A stretch of DNA of 64,000 bases, taken from the human T2T-CHM13v2.0 reference genome, Homo sapiens. The notes under the pieces were generated by a model. The model was given only the letters and a program-made list of their open reading frames with translations, had not been told where the DNA came from and did not search any database. Shown here piece after piece: positions 1 to 15,319 of the stretch (position 1 is the first letter of the stretch; every line of letters starts with the position of its first letter). The DNA is taken from NCBI RefSeq assembly GCF_009914755.1, contig NC_060932.1; one strand, 5' to 3'. The position numbers and the translations under genes were made by a program.

Positions 1-179
1 GCTTCTCATAGTTATGATCCATGGCATTCATTGAAATGCAAATAGTTCCAAGCTCTCTTTGTTGACATTCTTTCCAGTTTTTGATAAATCCTTTCTTCCC
101 AAACCCTCATCAGTTTTCCTCTTTTCCTTCAAGATGAGATCTTGGTCCCTCCCACTTAATAGATTTTCATTCCGTAGCC

Positions 180-425
180 CAAGATTGAGCAAACTGTTTT
201 GGAAGGCCAGATAGTAAACATATTAGGTGCCTTACAGACCACAAGGTCTCTGCTGAAACTTTAAACTCTACTATTATAACAAAAAAGTAGTCATAGAGCA
301 TATGTAAATAAGTGTGGCTGTGTTGCAGGAAAACTTTATGGACGTTGAAATTTGATTTTCTTATAATGTTATGAATTTATAATATCACTCTTCTTTTGGG
401 TTTTTTCAATCATTTAAAAATGTAA
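180..425 (+). mobile_element. MER58B (hAT-Charlie DNA transposon), left part
   Basis: caagattgagcaaact...ggccagatagtaaacatattagg...catttaaaaatgtaa follows the MER58B consensus; preceded by ccgtagcc (172-179), matched by ccctagcc after the right part (8-bp hAT TSD, 7/8). Confidence 0.85.
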
Positions 426-1895
426 GGAGGGAGGGCAAGATGTCTGACTAGACACAGCCTGGGGGAACAGCTCCCAGGGAGGGACCAAGATGACTTGCAT
501 GTTCCTAACAGATCTTTGGAAGTAAAGCACTAAGAGGGGATGGAAGGAAGACACAGAAGCTGGGCTGAAGGGAGAGAAAGCTGGGTACACTGCACAAGGC
601 TACCATGAACCAGGACTCATTCTTGGGTCCCTGCGGCTCAGGGGGAACAGGTGAGTTGAACTGGCAAGTAGCAAACCACTCTTGCCACAGACCTCTGAAA
701 TCCTAGCAGGAGGAGACCCCTTGACCACCAGGGACACTTCAGTTGGCAGGGAGAGCCTTAAAGAAGTGGTAGGGGCAGCAAGCCAACTAAGGTGGAGCCC
801 AGATGGTTTACTGCAAGATTGTCTGTAGTGGAGCATGGCCTGGAATGGCTATCCCCCTAGGCTTGACTTGCTTCCATAGGAGACTTTAACCCTAGGGAAA
901 CTGTCAGACCTGAACTCTGCAGGGCAGTCTTGCCCATCAGAAGGGACTGCTCCAATCTGAGCACCCCTTGGTCTGCTGGCATATCCCAGGGCTCCAGCCT
1001 GTCCACACCTGCTAGCATGGCAGAATTGGGGGCCCTGCACCAGAGCTTCTGCACTGGTGAACCATGTCTGACTGGCAGAGAGTTCCAGTAGGGTGTCCCC
1101 TATGGCCACCAACCAGACCACATGCTCCCTTCCCAAACTGCAGCTACCCTAGGGCCCATGGCTACTCCCCACATCACTTTGCTGGCATGTGTCTGCACTG
1201 GCAGGTTTTGCTTTCCTTGCCTCACCAGTGGGTGGGAGTGCAGTCCACACCTCTTCTCCCCACCAACTGCCATTGCAGATGGAGCCTAGGTAGGCACAGA
1301 GCCAGCCAGACCTACTCCTGCCAGTGTCCCACCCTTGTGCTAACACTGTGCAGAGAACAGCAGATCCTCCCATTTTCTGAGTGGCCACACCTGCTTGCAG
1401 GGCATAGAGAATGCTCCCAAATCTGCAACCACAGAACCCTGCCCCCAAACCAACTCCACCTTCAGCCTGACCATGCACATAGTCACCAGCAGGGCCCCCC
1501 ACACCCTCTAGCTGTGTTCCCTCTGCCACCATGGTGAATGCCTGCAAGGAGGCAGGCACCCTGGCACCTGTTAGCACTCTGCTGTAGCTGCCGCAACTTG
1601 GCCTCCCAACACAGTGGATTTCTAACCTCAAGGAGCCAGACAACAAAGTCAGGGCCCAAAACAAGTTCCCCAGAGTTAGAGCACACAGTCCAGGAGTTTG
1701 GAGCTGAGTGTTTCCCCCTCAAATCTTCCAAAAACAAAGCCAAGTCAGCTGAATGTAACTTATACTACAATCAAACCCACAAGGTCATCAAATAAGATAA
1801 AAGAAAAAACAACAACAACAACAACAAAAACAAAGAAAAAACAAAAATCCAAAGGTCAGAAACCTCAAAGATTGAAGGTAGAAAAGCACACAAAG

Positions 1896-2890
1896 ATGAG
1901 AAAGAATCAATGCAAGAACTCTGACAACTCGAAAAGCCAGAGTGCCTTCTTTGCTCCAAACAACCACAGCACCTCTCTAGCAAGGGTTCTGAACCAGGCT
2001 GTGATAGCTGAAGTAACAGAAATAGCAATCAGAATATGGATAGGAACGAAGATCATCAGAACCTAATCCAAGGAAGATAGAAATCAAGACAAAACATTGC
2101 AGGAGCAGACAGACAAAACAGCCAGTATGGAAAAGAATGTAACCAACCTGATAGAGCTAAAAAAACACACTATAATGATTTCATATTGCAATCCCAAGTA
2201 TTAATAATAGAATAGGCCAAGCAGAGGAAAGAATCTCAGAGCATGAAGAATGGCTTTCTGAAATAAAACAGTCAGACAAGAATAGAGCAAAAAGAATGAA
2301 AAGGAATGAACAAAACTGACGAGAAATATGGTATCATGTAAAGAGATGAAATCTATGACTCATTGGTGTCCCTAAAAGAGATAAGGAGAAGTAAGCAACT
2401 TGGAAAACATATTTCACGATAACATCCTTGAGAACTTCCCCAGTCTAGCTAGAGAGGCCAACATTCAAATTCAGGAAATGCAGAGAACCCCAGTAAGATA
2501 CTTCACAATTCCTCCTCCTCAAGAAACGAAATCATCAGGTTCTCTCAGGTTGGGAAAAAAAAAAAGTTAAAGGCAGCTAAAGAGAAAGGTCAGGTCACCT
2601 ACAAAGGGAAGCCCATCAGACTAACAGCAGATCCCTCAGGAGAAACCCTATGAGAAAGAAGAGATTGGGGGACAACATTCAACATTATTAAAGAAAAGAA
2701 ACTGCAACCCAGAATTTTATATCCAGCCAAAGTAAGCTTTGTAAGCGAAGACAGAAATAAGATACTTTTCAGAGAGACAAAAGCTGAGGAAATTTGTTGC
2801 TACCAGACATGCCTTACAAAAGCTCCTAAAGGAACCACTAAATATGGAAAGGAAAGACCACTACCAGCCACTACAAAAACAGACCTAAGT
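1896..2890 (+). pseudogene. Disrupted L1 ORF1 of outer L1
   Basis: MRKNQCKNSDNSKSQSA N-terminus; frameshifts and stops downstream. Confidence 0.85.
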
Positions 2891-3064
2891 ACATAGACCA
2901 GTGACACTGTAAAGCAACCACATAAACAAATCTACAAAATGACCAGCAAACATCATGATGACAGGATCAAATCTACACATGTCAATACTAACCTTGAGTA
3001 TAAATGAGCTAAATGCCCCAATTAAAAGACACAGAGTGGTTAGCTGGATGAAGAACCAAGACCT

Positions 3065-3392
3065 GTCTAGGAGCAGCAGCTTATGCCTGTAATCTCAACA
3101 CTTTGGGAGGCTGAGGCAAGTGGACTGCTTGAGACCAGGAGTTCAAGACTAGCCTGGGAAACATAGTGAAAGCCTATCCCTACTAAAAATACAAAAAAGC
3201 CAGCCAGATGTGGTGGCTCACGCCTGTAGTCCCAGGTACTTGGGATGCTTAGTTGGAAGAATCACCTGAGTTCAGGAGGTCGAGTTTGCAGTGAGCTGAG
3301 ATCATGCCACTGCACTCCAGCCTGGGCAACTAGAGTGAGACCTTATCTCAAAGGAAAAAAAAAAGAAGAAGAAGAAAGAAGAAAAGAAAAAA
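3065..3392 (+). mobile_element. Alu, AluJ-type
   Basis: Dimeric Alu with tgcttgagaccaggagttc and aacatag diagnostic of J; A/GAA-rich tail; inserted in L1 ORF2. Confidence 0.93.
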
Positions 3393-5742
3393 ATAACCCA
3401 TTAATATGTTATCTTCAAGGGACCCATCTCACACATAATGACACTCAAAGGCTCAAAATAAAGGGATGGAAAAAAATCTACCAAGCAAATGGAAAACAGA
3501 AAAAAAGCAGGGGTTGCAATCCTAGTTTCAGACAAAACAGACTTTAAACCAACAAAGATCAAAAAAGACAAAGGCATTTACATCATGTTAAAGGGTTCAA
3601 TTCAACAAAAAGATATAACTATCCTAAATATACATGTACCAAACACAGGAGCACCCAGGTTCGTAAAGCAAGTTCCTAGAGCCCTTCCAAGAGACTTAGA
3701 CTCCCGCACAATAGTAGTGGGAGACTTCAGCACCTCACTGACAGTGTTAGATCATCAAGACAGAAAATTAAAGATATTCAGCACTGGATCAAATGGAGCT
3801 GACTGACATCTACGGAACTCTCCACAAATAACAGCGTATACATTCTTGTCATCACCACATGGCACATACTCTAAAATCCATCACATAATAGGAAGTAAAA
3901 CGTTCCTTGTCAAATGCAAAAGAACTGAAATCATAACAATCTCTCAGACCATAGTGCAATCAAATTAGAAATCACGACTAAGAAATTCACTCAAAACCAT
4001 ACAATTACATGGAGATTAAATAACCTGCTCCCAAATGACTTTTGGGTAAATAATGAAATTGAGGCAGAAATCAAGAAGTTCTTAGAAACTAATGAGAACA
4101 AAGATACAACATACTAGAATATCTGGGACACAGCTATGGCAGTGTTAAGAGTGAAATTTATAGCACCAAACATCCACATCAAAAAGTTAGAAAGATCTCA
4201 AGTTAGCAACCTAACATCACAACTAAATAACTAGGGAACCAGGAGCAAACAATCCAAAAGCTAGCAGAAGACAATAAATAACCAAAAACAGAGCTGAACT
4301 GAAGGAGACTGAGACACACACCAAAATTCAAAATATCAACAAACCCAGGAGTTGCTTTTTGAAAAAATTAATCAAATAGACTACTAGACTAATAAAGAGG
4401 AAAAGAGAGAAGATTCAACTAAACACAATCAGAAATGACAAGCGAGATATTACGACTGACCCCACAGAAATACAAATAATCATCAGAGACTATTATGAAC
4501 AATTCTGTGCACATAAACTAGAAAATGTAGAAGAAACTGATAAATTCCTAGATACATACACCCTTCCAAAACTCAAACAGAAAGAAACTGAATCCCTGAA
4601 CAGACCAGTAACAAGCTCTGAAATTGAGTCAGTAATAAATAGCTTACCAACCAAAAAAGCCCAGGACCAGATGGATTCACAGCTGAGTTCTACCATATGT
4701 ACAAAGAGTTGGTACCATTCCCACTGAAACTATTCCAAAAATTGAGGAGGAGAGACTCCTCCCTAACTCATTCTATGAGGCCAGCATCATCCTGATACCA
4801 AAACCTGGCAGAGACAGTAGAAAACTTCAGGCCAACATCCTTGACGAACATTGATGCAAAAATCCTCAACAAAATGCTAGCAAACCAAATTCAGCAGCAC
4901 ATCAAAAATCTTATCTACCATGATCAAGTAGGCTTTATCCCCAGGATGCAAGGCTGGTTCAACACACCCTAATCAAAAAATGTGATTCATCACATAAACA
5001 GAACTAAAGACAAATACCACATAATTATCTCAATAGATGCAGAAAGGGCTTTCAATAAAATTCAACATCCCTTCACATTAAAAACTCTCAATAAAATAGG
5101 TATTGAAAGAACATACCTCAAAATAAAAGAGCCATCTATGGCAAACCCACAACCAACATCATACTGAATGAGCAAAAGTCAGAAGCATTCACCTTGAAAA
5201 TTGGCAAAAGACAAGATTGCCCTCTCTCACCACTCCTATTCATCATAGCATTGGAAGCCCTGGCTAGGGCTATCAGGCAAGAGAAATAAGTAAAAGGCAT
5301 CCAAATAAGAAGAGAGGAAGTCAGTCTATCCTTGTTTGCTGATGACATAATCTTTTATCTAGAAAACTTCATAGTCTCAGCCCAAAAGCTCCTTAAGCTG
5401 ATAAACAACTTCAGCAAAGTCTCAGGATGTAACATCAATGTACAAAAATCACTAACATTCCTATACAACAGTCAAGCCAAGAGCCAAATCAGCAATGCAA
5501 TCCCATTCACAATTGCCACACACACACACACACACACACACACCCCTAGGAATACAGCTAACCAAGAACGTGAAAGATCTCTATAAAGGGAACTACAAAA
5601 CACTGCTCAAAGAACTCAGAGATGACACAAATGGATAAACATTTCATGCTCATGGATGGGCAGAATAAATATCATTAAAATGGCCATACTGCCCAAAGCA
5701 ATTTATAAATTCAATGTTATTCCTATTAAAATACAATTGAGA

Positions 5743-6039
5743 GGCCCGGCAAGGTGGCTCATGCCTGTAATCCCAGCACCTTAGGAGGCCAAGGAGGGTG
5801 GATCACCTGAGGTCAGGAGTTTGAGACTGGCCTGGCCTACATGATGAAACCCTGTCTCTACTAAAAAATACTAAAACTAGCCAGACATGGTAACAGGCAT
5901 CTGTAATCCCAGCTACTCAGGAGTCTAAGGCAGGAGAATCACTTGAACCTGGGAGGCAGAGGCTGCAGTGAGCAGAAATTGCACCACTGCGCTCCAGCCT
6001 GGGTGACAGAGTGACATTCCATCTCAAAAAACAAAAACT
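5743..6039 (+). mobile_element. Alu, AluS-type
   Basis: gatcacctgaggtcaggag; 13-bp TSD aatacaattgaga (5730-5742 / 6040-6052). Confidence 0.96.
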
Positions 6040-6327
6040 AATACAATTGAGAGTCTTCACAGAACTATAAAAAAACTATTTTTAAATTCATATACAACCA
6101 AAAAAGAGCCCAAATAGCCAAGGCAATCCTAAGCGAAAAGTAAAAAGCTGGAGGCATTATGCCATCTGACTTCAAAGTATAATACAGTGCTACAGTAACC
6201 AAAACAGCATGGTGCTAGTACAAAAACAGAAAAATAGACCAATGGAACAGAGTAGAGAACTCAGAAATAAGGCCACACAACTACAACTATCTGATTTTTG
6301 ACAAACCTGACAGAAACAAGCAATGGA

Positions 6328-6875
6328 TGTCACGGTTAATATTGAGTGTCAAATTGATTGGATTGAAGGATATAAAATATTGTTCCTGGGTGTGTCTGTG
6401 AGGGTGTTGCCAAAGGAGATTAACGTTTGAGTCAGTGGACTGGGAGAGGTGGACCCACCCTCAATCTGGGTGGGCATCATCTATGTAGCTGCCAGTGTGG
6501 CTAGGATAAAAGCAAGCAGAGAAACGTGGAAAGACTAGATTAACAGTCTTCCGGCCTTCATCTTTCTCCCATGCTGGATGCTTCCTGTCATTGAACCTCA
6601 GACTCCAAATTCTTCAGCTTTTGGATTCTTGAACTTACACCAGTGGTTTTCCAGGGGCTCTTGGGTCTTTGGCCACAGACTGAAGGCTGCACTGTTGGCT
6701 TTCTTAATTTTGAAGTTTTGGGACTCGGACTGGCTTCCTTGCTCCTCAGTTTGCAGATAGCCTATTGTGGGACTTCACCTTGTGATCCTGTGAGTCAATA
6801 CTCCTTAATAAGCTTCTTTTCATATATACATCTATCTTATTAGTCCTGTCCCTCTAGAGAACCCTGACTAATACA
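6328..6875 (+). mobile_element. Solo ERVL LTR MLT2A (length suggests MLT2A2)
   Basis: tgtcacggttaatattgagtgtc...ctagagaaccctgactaataca; aatgg on both flanks; L1 ORF2 continuous across it. Confidence 0.92.
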
Positions 6876-8825
6876 AATGGGGGAAGGATTCCCTATTCAA
6901 TAACTGGTGCTGAAATAACTAGCTAGCCATGTGCAGAAGACTGAAACTGAATCCCTTCCTTCCACCGTATAAAAAAATTAACTCAAGATGTTTTAAAGGC
7001 TTAAATGGAAAACCCAAAACTATAGAAATCCTGGAAGATAACCTAGGCAATACCATTGTGGACATAGGAACGAGCAAAGATTTCATGATGAAGACAAAAA
7101 AAGCAAATGCATCAAAAGCAAATATTGACAATTGGGATCTAATTAAACTAAAAAGCTTCTGCATAGCAAAAGAAACTATCAACAGAGTGAACAGAAAACC
7201 TACAGTATGGGAGAAAATTTCTGCAAACCACACATCCAACAAAGGTCTAATATCCAGCATCTATAAGGAACTTAAATTTACAAGAAAAAAGAATCCCATT
7301 AAAGAGTGGGCAAGGACATGAACAGACACTTTTCAAAAGAAGAAGCACATGTGGCCAGCAAGCATATTTTGAGAAAAGCTTGAATAATGATGATGGGGGG
7401 CAGGGCCAAGATGGCTGACTAGAAGCTGTGGCAACAGGAGACTCCCATTGAACAGAACCAAAACAGCATGCGAATCCCCCACCAGCAACCGAGGTATCCA
7501 GGTTCTATCATCAGGACTAACTAGGTGGCTGGCGTGACCCATGGAGAGGAAGGAGGAGCAGTGTGGTGCAGCGGCCTGCCTGAGAGCCTCACAGGGCAGG
7601 GGAACCCCTACCCCCCAGCCAAGGGAGGTGGTGAGTGAGCATGCTACCCAGCCTGGGAAACTGCTTTTTCCAAGGAACTGTGCAACCCATGGATCAGAAG
7701 ATCCCACTCATGAGCTCATGCTACTGGGGCCTAGGGTCCCAAACATGGAGCCACACAGATTCTCAACAGTCACTCAGCTAGAATCTGCCTAAGCCTGTGA
7801 AGTTCCGGCGGGGGCAGGGGAGGCGCAGTGGGAGGCGGCATCACCACAGCTTCAGTTGTCTGCTGTCTAAGCTGTCTGAGCTCCTTGCGGGAGGGGCGGC
7901 ATCCAGCACTGAGACTGCTAGCTGCCTAACACACTAAACTCCAAGGGTGGGGGAAGGGCAGCAGCTATCTCTACAGCTCCAGGCAAAGGTCTAATGTCCA
8001 GCATCTGTTAAAAAAAAAACACTTAAATTTACAAGAAAAAACAACCCCATTATAAAGTGGGCAAGGGCATGAACAGACACTTTTACCCTGCCAGAGCCAG
8101 AGAGGCTGCACTGCTTGGTCCCAAGAGGTATTCCCCCACAGCCTAACACACAGGTTGCGGCAGCCTTCAGCCAGAGTGCCTCTTCAGGCCTGACCCTGAC
8201 CCATCCCTCCTCACTGGGCAGGGCCTCCCTGCAGGAACTCCAACAACTCCAGCCAAGGGCTCGGGGACAGAACTCTGATCTCCCTGGGCCTGAGCCCCTA
8301 AGAGGAAGGGTGGCCATAGTCTTCACGGACTAGTAGACTTAGTCTTTCCTCCTGCTAATTCTGAGGAATATGAGCAGCCCAGACAAGTTGGTTTCCCCCC
8401 AGCGAGGCACAGCCCCTCCACCAAGGGACAGCCAAAGTTCTTCGTTAAATGGGTCCTACATCCCATGCCACCTAACTGGGTAAGACCCTCCAACAGGGGT
8501 TGTCAGACACCCTATACAGGAGCATTCCTACTGGCATCAGGTCTGCGCCCCTCAAGGTCAGAGATCCCAGAGGAAAGAGCAGGCACCCATCTTTGCTGTT
8601 CTCCAATCTCCTGGAGTGACATCTCCAGGCACAAGAGTGAACCAGAAGAATAGTGCCGGAAGTGAACCCCCAGCAAACTGCAGCAGCACTACAGAAAAGG
8701 GACCTAACCATTGAAAGAAAAACAAACAGAAAGCAATAACAACAGCATCAACAAAAAAGTCCCCATAAAAACCTTATCCAAGGGTCAGCAGTCTCAAAGA
8801 TTGAAACTAGACAAACTCACAAAGA

Positions 8826-10143
<1,318 letters not shown>

Positions 10144-10207
10144 AAGACCAATGACACCATGAAGAAACTGTATCAACTAGTGTGCAAAATAACCAGCTAG
10201 CATCAAA

Positions 10208-13200
10208 ATGACAGGATCAAATTCACACAGAACGATAGTAACCTTAAATGTAAATGGGCTAAATGCCCCAATTAAAAGACACAGACCGGCAAATTGGATA
10301 CAGTCAAGACCCATCAGTGTGCTATATTCCAGAAACCCTTCTCATGTGCAAAGAGACACATAGACTCAAAATAAAGGGATGAAGGAAAATTTACCAGCCA
10401 AAGGGAAAGCAAAAACAAAAACAAAAACAAACAAAAAAAAAAAACAGGGGTTGCTATCCTAGTCTCTGACAAAACGACAAAACAGACTTTAAACCAACAA
10501 AGATAAAAAAAGACAAAGAAGAGCATTACACAATGGTTAAGGGATCAATTCAACAAGAGGAGCTAACTATCCCAAATCTATATGCACCCAATACAGGAGC
10601 CCCTAGATTCATAAAACAAGTTCTTAGAGACCTGCAAAGAGACTTAGACTCCTACACAATAATAGTGAGAGACTTTAACACCCCACTGTCAATATTAGAC
10701 AGATCAACAAGACAGAAAATGAACAAGGATATTCAGGACTTGAACTCAGGTCTGGATCAAGTGTACCTAATAGATACCCACAGAACTCTCAAATAAACAG
10801 AATATACATTCTTCTGAGTGCCACGTGGTACTTATTCTAAAATCGACCACATAATTGGAAGTAAAACACTCCTCAGTCTCTCAGACCACAGTGCAATCAA
10901 ATTAGAACTCAGGATTAAGACATTCGAAACCACACAACTATATAAACATAAACTGAACAATCTGCTCCTGAAAGACTCCTGGGTAAATAAGGAAATTAAG
11001 GCAGAAATCAAGAAGTTATTTTAAACCAATGAGAACAAAGAGACAATGTACCAGAATGTATGAGACACAGCTAAAGCAGTGTTTAAACAGAAATTTATAG
11101 CACTAAATGCTCACATCAGAAAGCTAGAAAGATCTCAAATCGACACTCTCACAGTTAAAAGAACTAGAGAAACAGGAGCAAATAAATCCAAAAGCTAGCA
11201 GAAGACAACAAATAACTAAGATCAGAGAGGAACTGATGGAGACAGAGACAAAAAAAAAAAAAAACCCTTCATAAAGTCAATGAATTCAGGAGCCGTTTTT
11301 TCAAAAAAAAAAATTAACAAAATAGATAGACCGCTAGCTAGACTAATAAAGAAAAGAAAGAAGTCAAACAGACACAATAAAAAATAATAAAGGGGATAGC
11401 ACCACTGACCTCACAGAAATACTAACTACCATCAGAGAATACTATCAACACCTCTAAGCAAATAAACTAAAAACTTTAGAAGAAATGGATAATTTCATGG
11501 ACACATACACCATCCCAAGGCTAACCCAGGAAGAAGTCAAATCCCTGAATAGACCAATAACAAGTTCTGAAATTGAGGCAGTAATAGCCTACCAACCAAA
11601 AAAAGCCCTCGACAGACAGATTCACAGACAAATTTTACCAGAGGTACTAAAGGGGCTGGTACCATTCTTTCTGAAACTACTCCAAACAATTGAAAAGGAG
11701 GGACTCCTCCCTAACTCATTTTTTGAAGCTGGCATCATCCTGATACCAAAACCTGGAAAAGATACAACAAAAAAAAGAGAACTTCAGGCCAATATCCCTG
11801 ATGCGTATTGAATCAAAAATCTTCAATAAAGTCTGGCAAACCAAATCCAGCAGCATATCAAAAAGCTTATTCACCATGATCAAGTCAGATTCTTTCCTGG
11901 GATGCAAGGCTGTTTCAAAATATGCAAATCAATAAACATAATCCATCACATAAACAGAATCAATGACAAAAACTACGTGATTATCTCAATAGATGCAGGA
12001 AAAGCCTTCAATAAAATTCAACATCCGTTCCTGTTCAAAACTCTCAATAAAGTAGGTATTGATGGAACATATTTCAAAATAATAAGAGCTATTTATGAGA
12101 AACCGATAGCCAATATCATACTGAATGGGCAAAAGCTGGAAGCATTACTTTTGAAAACCAGCACAAGACAAGAATGCTCTCTTTCACCACTCCTCTTCAA
12201 CATAGTATTGGAAGTTCTGGCCAGGGCAATCAGGCAAGAGAAAGACATAAAGGGAATTTGAATAGGAAAAGAGGATGTCAAATTGTCTCTGCATACGACA
12301 AGATTCTGTATTTAGAAAATGCCATTGTTTCAGCCCCCAAGCCCCTTAAGCTGATAAGCAACTTCAGCAAGGTCTCAGGATACAACAAATATGTGCAAAA
12401 ATCACGAACATTTCTATACGCCAACAATAGACAAGCAGAGAGCCAAATCATAAGTGAACTCCCATTAACAACTGCTACAAAGATAATAAAATACTCAGGA
12501 ATACAACTTACAAGAGATGTGAAGGACCTCTTCAAGGAGAACTACAAACCACTGCTCAAGGAAACAAGAGAGGACCCAAACAAATGGAAAAATATTTCAT
12601 TCTCATGGATAGGAAGAATCGATATCATGAAAATGGCCATACTGCCCCCAAAGTAATTTATAGATTTAATGCTATTCCCATCAAGCTACCATTGACTTTC
12701 TTCACAGAATTAGAAAAAACTACTTTAAATTTCATATGGAACCAAAAGAGAGCCCATATAGCCAAGATAATCCTAAGCAAAAAGAACAAAGCTGGAGGCA
12801 TCACGCTACCTGACTTCAAACTATCCTACAAGGCTACAGTAACCAAAACAGCATGGTACTGGTACCAAAACAGATGTATAGACCAATGGAACAGAACAGA
12901 GGCCTCAGAAACAACATCACACATCTACAACCACCTCAAACCTGACAAAAACAAGCAATGGGGAAAGGATTCCTTGTTTAATAAATGGTGTTGGGAAAAC
13001 TGGCTAACCATATGCAGAAAACTGAAACTGGACCACTACCTTATACCTTATACAAAAATTAACTCAAGATTGATTAAAGACTTAAATGTAAAACCCAAAA
13101 TCATAAAAACCTTAGAATAAAACCTAGGCAATACTATTCAAGACATAGGCATGAGCAAAAATTTCATGACGAAAATGCCAAAAGCAATTGCGCCAAAAGC

Positions 13201-14020
13201 CAAAATTTACAAACGGAATCTAATTAAACTAAAGAGCTTCCTGCTCAGCAAAAGAAACTAGCATCAGAGTGAACAGGCAACCTACAAAATGGGAGAATAT
13301 TTTTGCAATCTACCCATCTGACAAAGGTCTAATATTCAGAATCTACAAGGAATTTAAACAAATTTACAAGAAAAAGCAAACAAACCCATCAAAAAGTAGG
13401 CAAAGGATATGAACAGACACTTCTCAAAAGAAGACATTTGTGTGGCCAACAAACATATGAAAAAAAATCTCAACACTACTGATCATTAGAGAAATTCAAA
13501 TCAAAACCACAATGAGATACCATCTCGCACCAGTCAGAATGTTGATTTTTAAAAAGTCAGGAAACAATGATGCTGGTGAGGCTGTGGAGAAATAGGGACA
13601 CTTTTACACTGTTGGTAGGAATGTAAATTAGTTTAACCATTGTGGAAGACAGTGTGGTGATTCCTCAAGGGTCTAGGACCAGTAATACCATTTGACCTAG
13701 CAATCCCATTACTGGATATATACCCAAAGGGATATAAATAATTCTATTATAAAGATACATGCACATGTATGTTTATTGCAGCACTATTTACAATAGCAAA
13801 GACATGGAACCAACCCAAATGCCCATCAATAATGGATTGGATAAAGAAAATGTGGTACATATACACCATGGATTAATATGTAGCCATTAAAAGGAATGAG
13901 ATCATGTCCTTTGCAGGGACATGGATGAAGCTGGAAGCCATCATCCTCAGCAAACTAACACAGGAACAGAAAACCAAACACCAAATGTTCTCACTCATAA
14001 GTAGGAGTTGAACAATGAGA
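10208..14020 (+). pseudogene. Disrupted L1 ORF2 of inner L1
   Basis: atgacaggatcaaattcacac start; ORF-track fragments 10533-13120 are ORF2p; many frameshifts; RT catalytic motif destroyed near 12290. Confidence 0.9.
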
Positions 14021-15139
14021 ACACATGGGCACAGGGAGGGGAACCACACACACTAGGGCCTGATGGGGGGTAGGGGAGGGAAAGCATTAGGACAAATAGC
14101 TAATGCATGGGGGGCTGAAAACCTAATGCATGGGGGCTGAAAACCTAGACGACTGGTTGATAGGTGCAGCAAACCACTATGGTATGCATATACCTATGTA
14201 ACAAATGTTCACATTCTGCACATGTTTCCCTGAACTTAAAGTAAAATAAAAATTAAAAAATAAAAAAAGCTCAACATCACTGATCATTAGAGAAATGTAA
14301 ATCAAAACCACAGTGAGATATCATCTCACATCAGTCAGAATGGCTATTACTAAAATGTCAACAAATAACAGATGCTGATGAGGTTGTGAAGAAAAAGGAA
14401 TGCTGATACACTGTTGTGGTGTTGTGGGAGTGTAAGTTAGTTTCCATTGTGGAAGACAGTGTGGCAGTTCCTCAAAGATCTAAAGACAGAAATACCATTC
14501 AACCCAGCAATCCCATTACTGAGCATATACCCAAAGGAATATAAATCATTCTATTATAAAGACACATAGATGCGTATGTTCACTACAGCACTATTCACGA
14601 TAGCAAAGACATGGAATCAACCTAAATGCCCATCAATAGTAGATTGGATAAAGAAAATGTAATATATATCCTCCATGGAATACTATGCAGCCATTAAAAA
14701 GAACTAGATCACATCATTTGTAGAAACATAGATAGAGCTGGAGACTATTATTCTTAGGAAATTAACACAGAAACAGGAAACTAAATACTATGTTTTCTCA
14801 CTTATAAGTGGGAGCTACATGATGAGAACACATGGACACATAGGAACAACAGACACTGGGGTATTATTTGAGGGTGGAGGGTGACAGGAGGGAGAGGATC
14901 AGGAAAAATAGCTATCACGTACTAAACTTAGCACCCGGGTGATGAAACAACCTGTACAATAAACCCCCATGACACGTTTACCTATATAATAAGCCTACAC
15001 ATGGACTCCTGAGCTTAAAAGTTAAATAAAAAACAACAGCAAGAAACACTGGAAGGACCTCAGCAGAGCCAGATATGTGGCTCTTTGCTTCCTTTATTCC
15101 CCTCCTCAGTCTGTCCACTCAGACAAACCACAACCAAAT

Positions 15140-15315
15140 AGGGCTGCAGGCACCAATGCCTGGTTGCAGAACCAGATGCATACGTGAAGAAGTCATGCTG
15201 CCCATTCCAGCCCAATGGACAGCGTGGGGAGCAGAGACAAAATTCCCCACTGTGTCATGTCTGAATTCATGACCAACAGAATCATGAAAAATAATTAAAA
15301 ATTTTTCAAGCCATT
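15140..15315 (+). mobile_element. Old MaLR LTR fragment (MLT1-like), ending at its polyadenylation site
   Basis: gtggggagcagagac...tgtctgaattcatgaccaacagaatcatga...aataattaaa...ttcaagcca resembles the MLT1 R region. Confidence 0.65.
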
Positions 15316-15319
15316 AAAA

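Larger units (their letters stand above)
2955..7394 (+). pseudogene. Disrupted L1 ORF2 (EN-RT) of outer L1; continues at 14269-~14830
   Basis: atgatgacaggatcaaat start; ORF-track fragments 3489-3806, 4982-5167, 5332-5586 and 6929-7321 translate to ORF2p. Confidence 0.9.

Noticed and set aside
600-1795. Several 65-171 aa ORFs on both strands
   Set aside because: Lie in a GC-rich L1 5'UTR; no recognisable protein features; chance open frames
10533-13120. Cluster of RT/endonuclease-like ORFs suggesting an active or novel RT system
   Set aside because: Frameshifted fragments of ordinary L1 ORF2; catalytic motif destroyed; no intact ORF1 or ORF2 anywhere in the window
14100-14147. ~23-bp tandem duplication in the inner L1 3'UTR
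   Set aside because: Simple slippage duplication with no further significance
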